From Escherichia phage EP02SG, in the sequence record PQ301181: a DNA stretch of 64,000 nt; one strand, given 5' to 3'. The stretch's first letter is position 1, and each line of letters opens with the position of its first letter. Positions 63,659 to 64,000 of the stretch are shown here, piece by piece. The notes beneath the pieces are model-generated. The model was not told the DNA's origin. It did not search any database and was given only the letters and a program-made list of their open reading frames with translations. A program made the translations under genes and the position numbers.

Positions 63659-63961
63659 TTAGATAGATGTAGGCTCTAATTTTATTTTCATGAACTCGGC
63701 AAATTGTCTGGCAGTTTTTATGCCTTGTTCATGACATTCAAATGCATCATCACAGGGGCTATTTTTGTAATGCTTTACCATATACTTATAGAATTTTTCA
63801 GAATTCTCGACATTTTGAATTTCAAACAAAGTATATACGTTTTTAATCCCTGATTCCATAAAGTTGTCAAAATATGGGTCGGTGTACGCAGTACCAACGA
63901 TAGGAGTTGTTGCTGCAAAAAACCCCAGCATCGCCATGACAGCTATCGCTCTTAAGGCCAT
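63659..63961 (-). CDS. secreted protein with signal peptide (100 aa)
   Basis: Track ORF; hydrophobic N-terminus MALRAIAVMAMLGFFAATTP. Confidence 0.45.
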   Translation of the reverse strand: MALRAIAVMAMLGFFAATTPIVGTAYTDPYFDNFMESGIKNVYTLFEIQNVENSEKFYKYMVKHYKNSPCDDAFECHEQGIKTARQFAEFMKIKLEPTSI

Positions 63962-64000
63962 ATAGGCCTCCTGTTAATTTTGGCCAGTATTTATTTTTCG

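Noticed and set aside
1-64000. CRISPR arrays, tRNA/rRNA genes, transposases/IS elements, integrases
   Set aside because: No regularly spaced direct repeats, no cloverleaf-like tRNA candidates noticed, and no ORF with transposase/integrase motifs; the recurring short repeats are promoter and terminator modules.

Overview
This window reads as a contiguous early/replication region of a T4-like (Tevenvirinae) myovirus. Almost every gene is on the minus strand, tightly packed with ATGA/TAATG stop-start overlaps, and gene order follows T4: motA-52-(ac/stp-like)-ndd-rIIB-rIIA-39-dexA-dda-srd-modA-soc-56-61-sp-dmd-41-40-uvsX-42-43-regA-62-44-45-rpbA-46-47-55-nrdG-nrdD-49-nrdC. The DNA polymerase N-terminus looks like phage RB69 gp43, recalled from memory and not verifiable here. 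The main finding is that the T4 glucosylation genes are missing: no beta-gt between uvsX and 42, no alpha-gt between 47 and 55. In their place, between uvsX and gene 43 and wrapped around gene 42 (dCMP hydroxymethylase), sits a cluster encoding an SIS-domain arabinose-5-phosphate isomerase-like protein, a HAD phosphatase, a fused sugar-1-phosphate nucleotidyltransferase/kinase, a Cys-rich 386-aa enzyme, a P-loop kinase and a 299-aa unknown. A separate GT-B glycosyltransferase lies between rIIA.1 and gene 39, where T4 has gene 60/mobA. Together these look like a phage-encoded NDP-pentose (most plausibly arabinose) DNA hypermodification system acting on hmC. Other points: gene 39 is unsplit, nrdD has no intron, and no homing endonuclease, tRNA or CRISPR was seen. 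There are more than 20 GTTTAC-N17-TATAAT early promoters with embedded palindromes, MotA-box middle promoters fused to C(UUCG)G terminator hairpins, several tandem paralog families, and a Pol-beta-type nucleotidyltransferase coupled to a membrane protein. All functional calls come from reading the translated ORFs against remembered family motifs; no database search was run. Coordinates of ORFs under 60 aa were derived by hand and may be off by a few bases.
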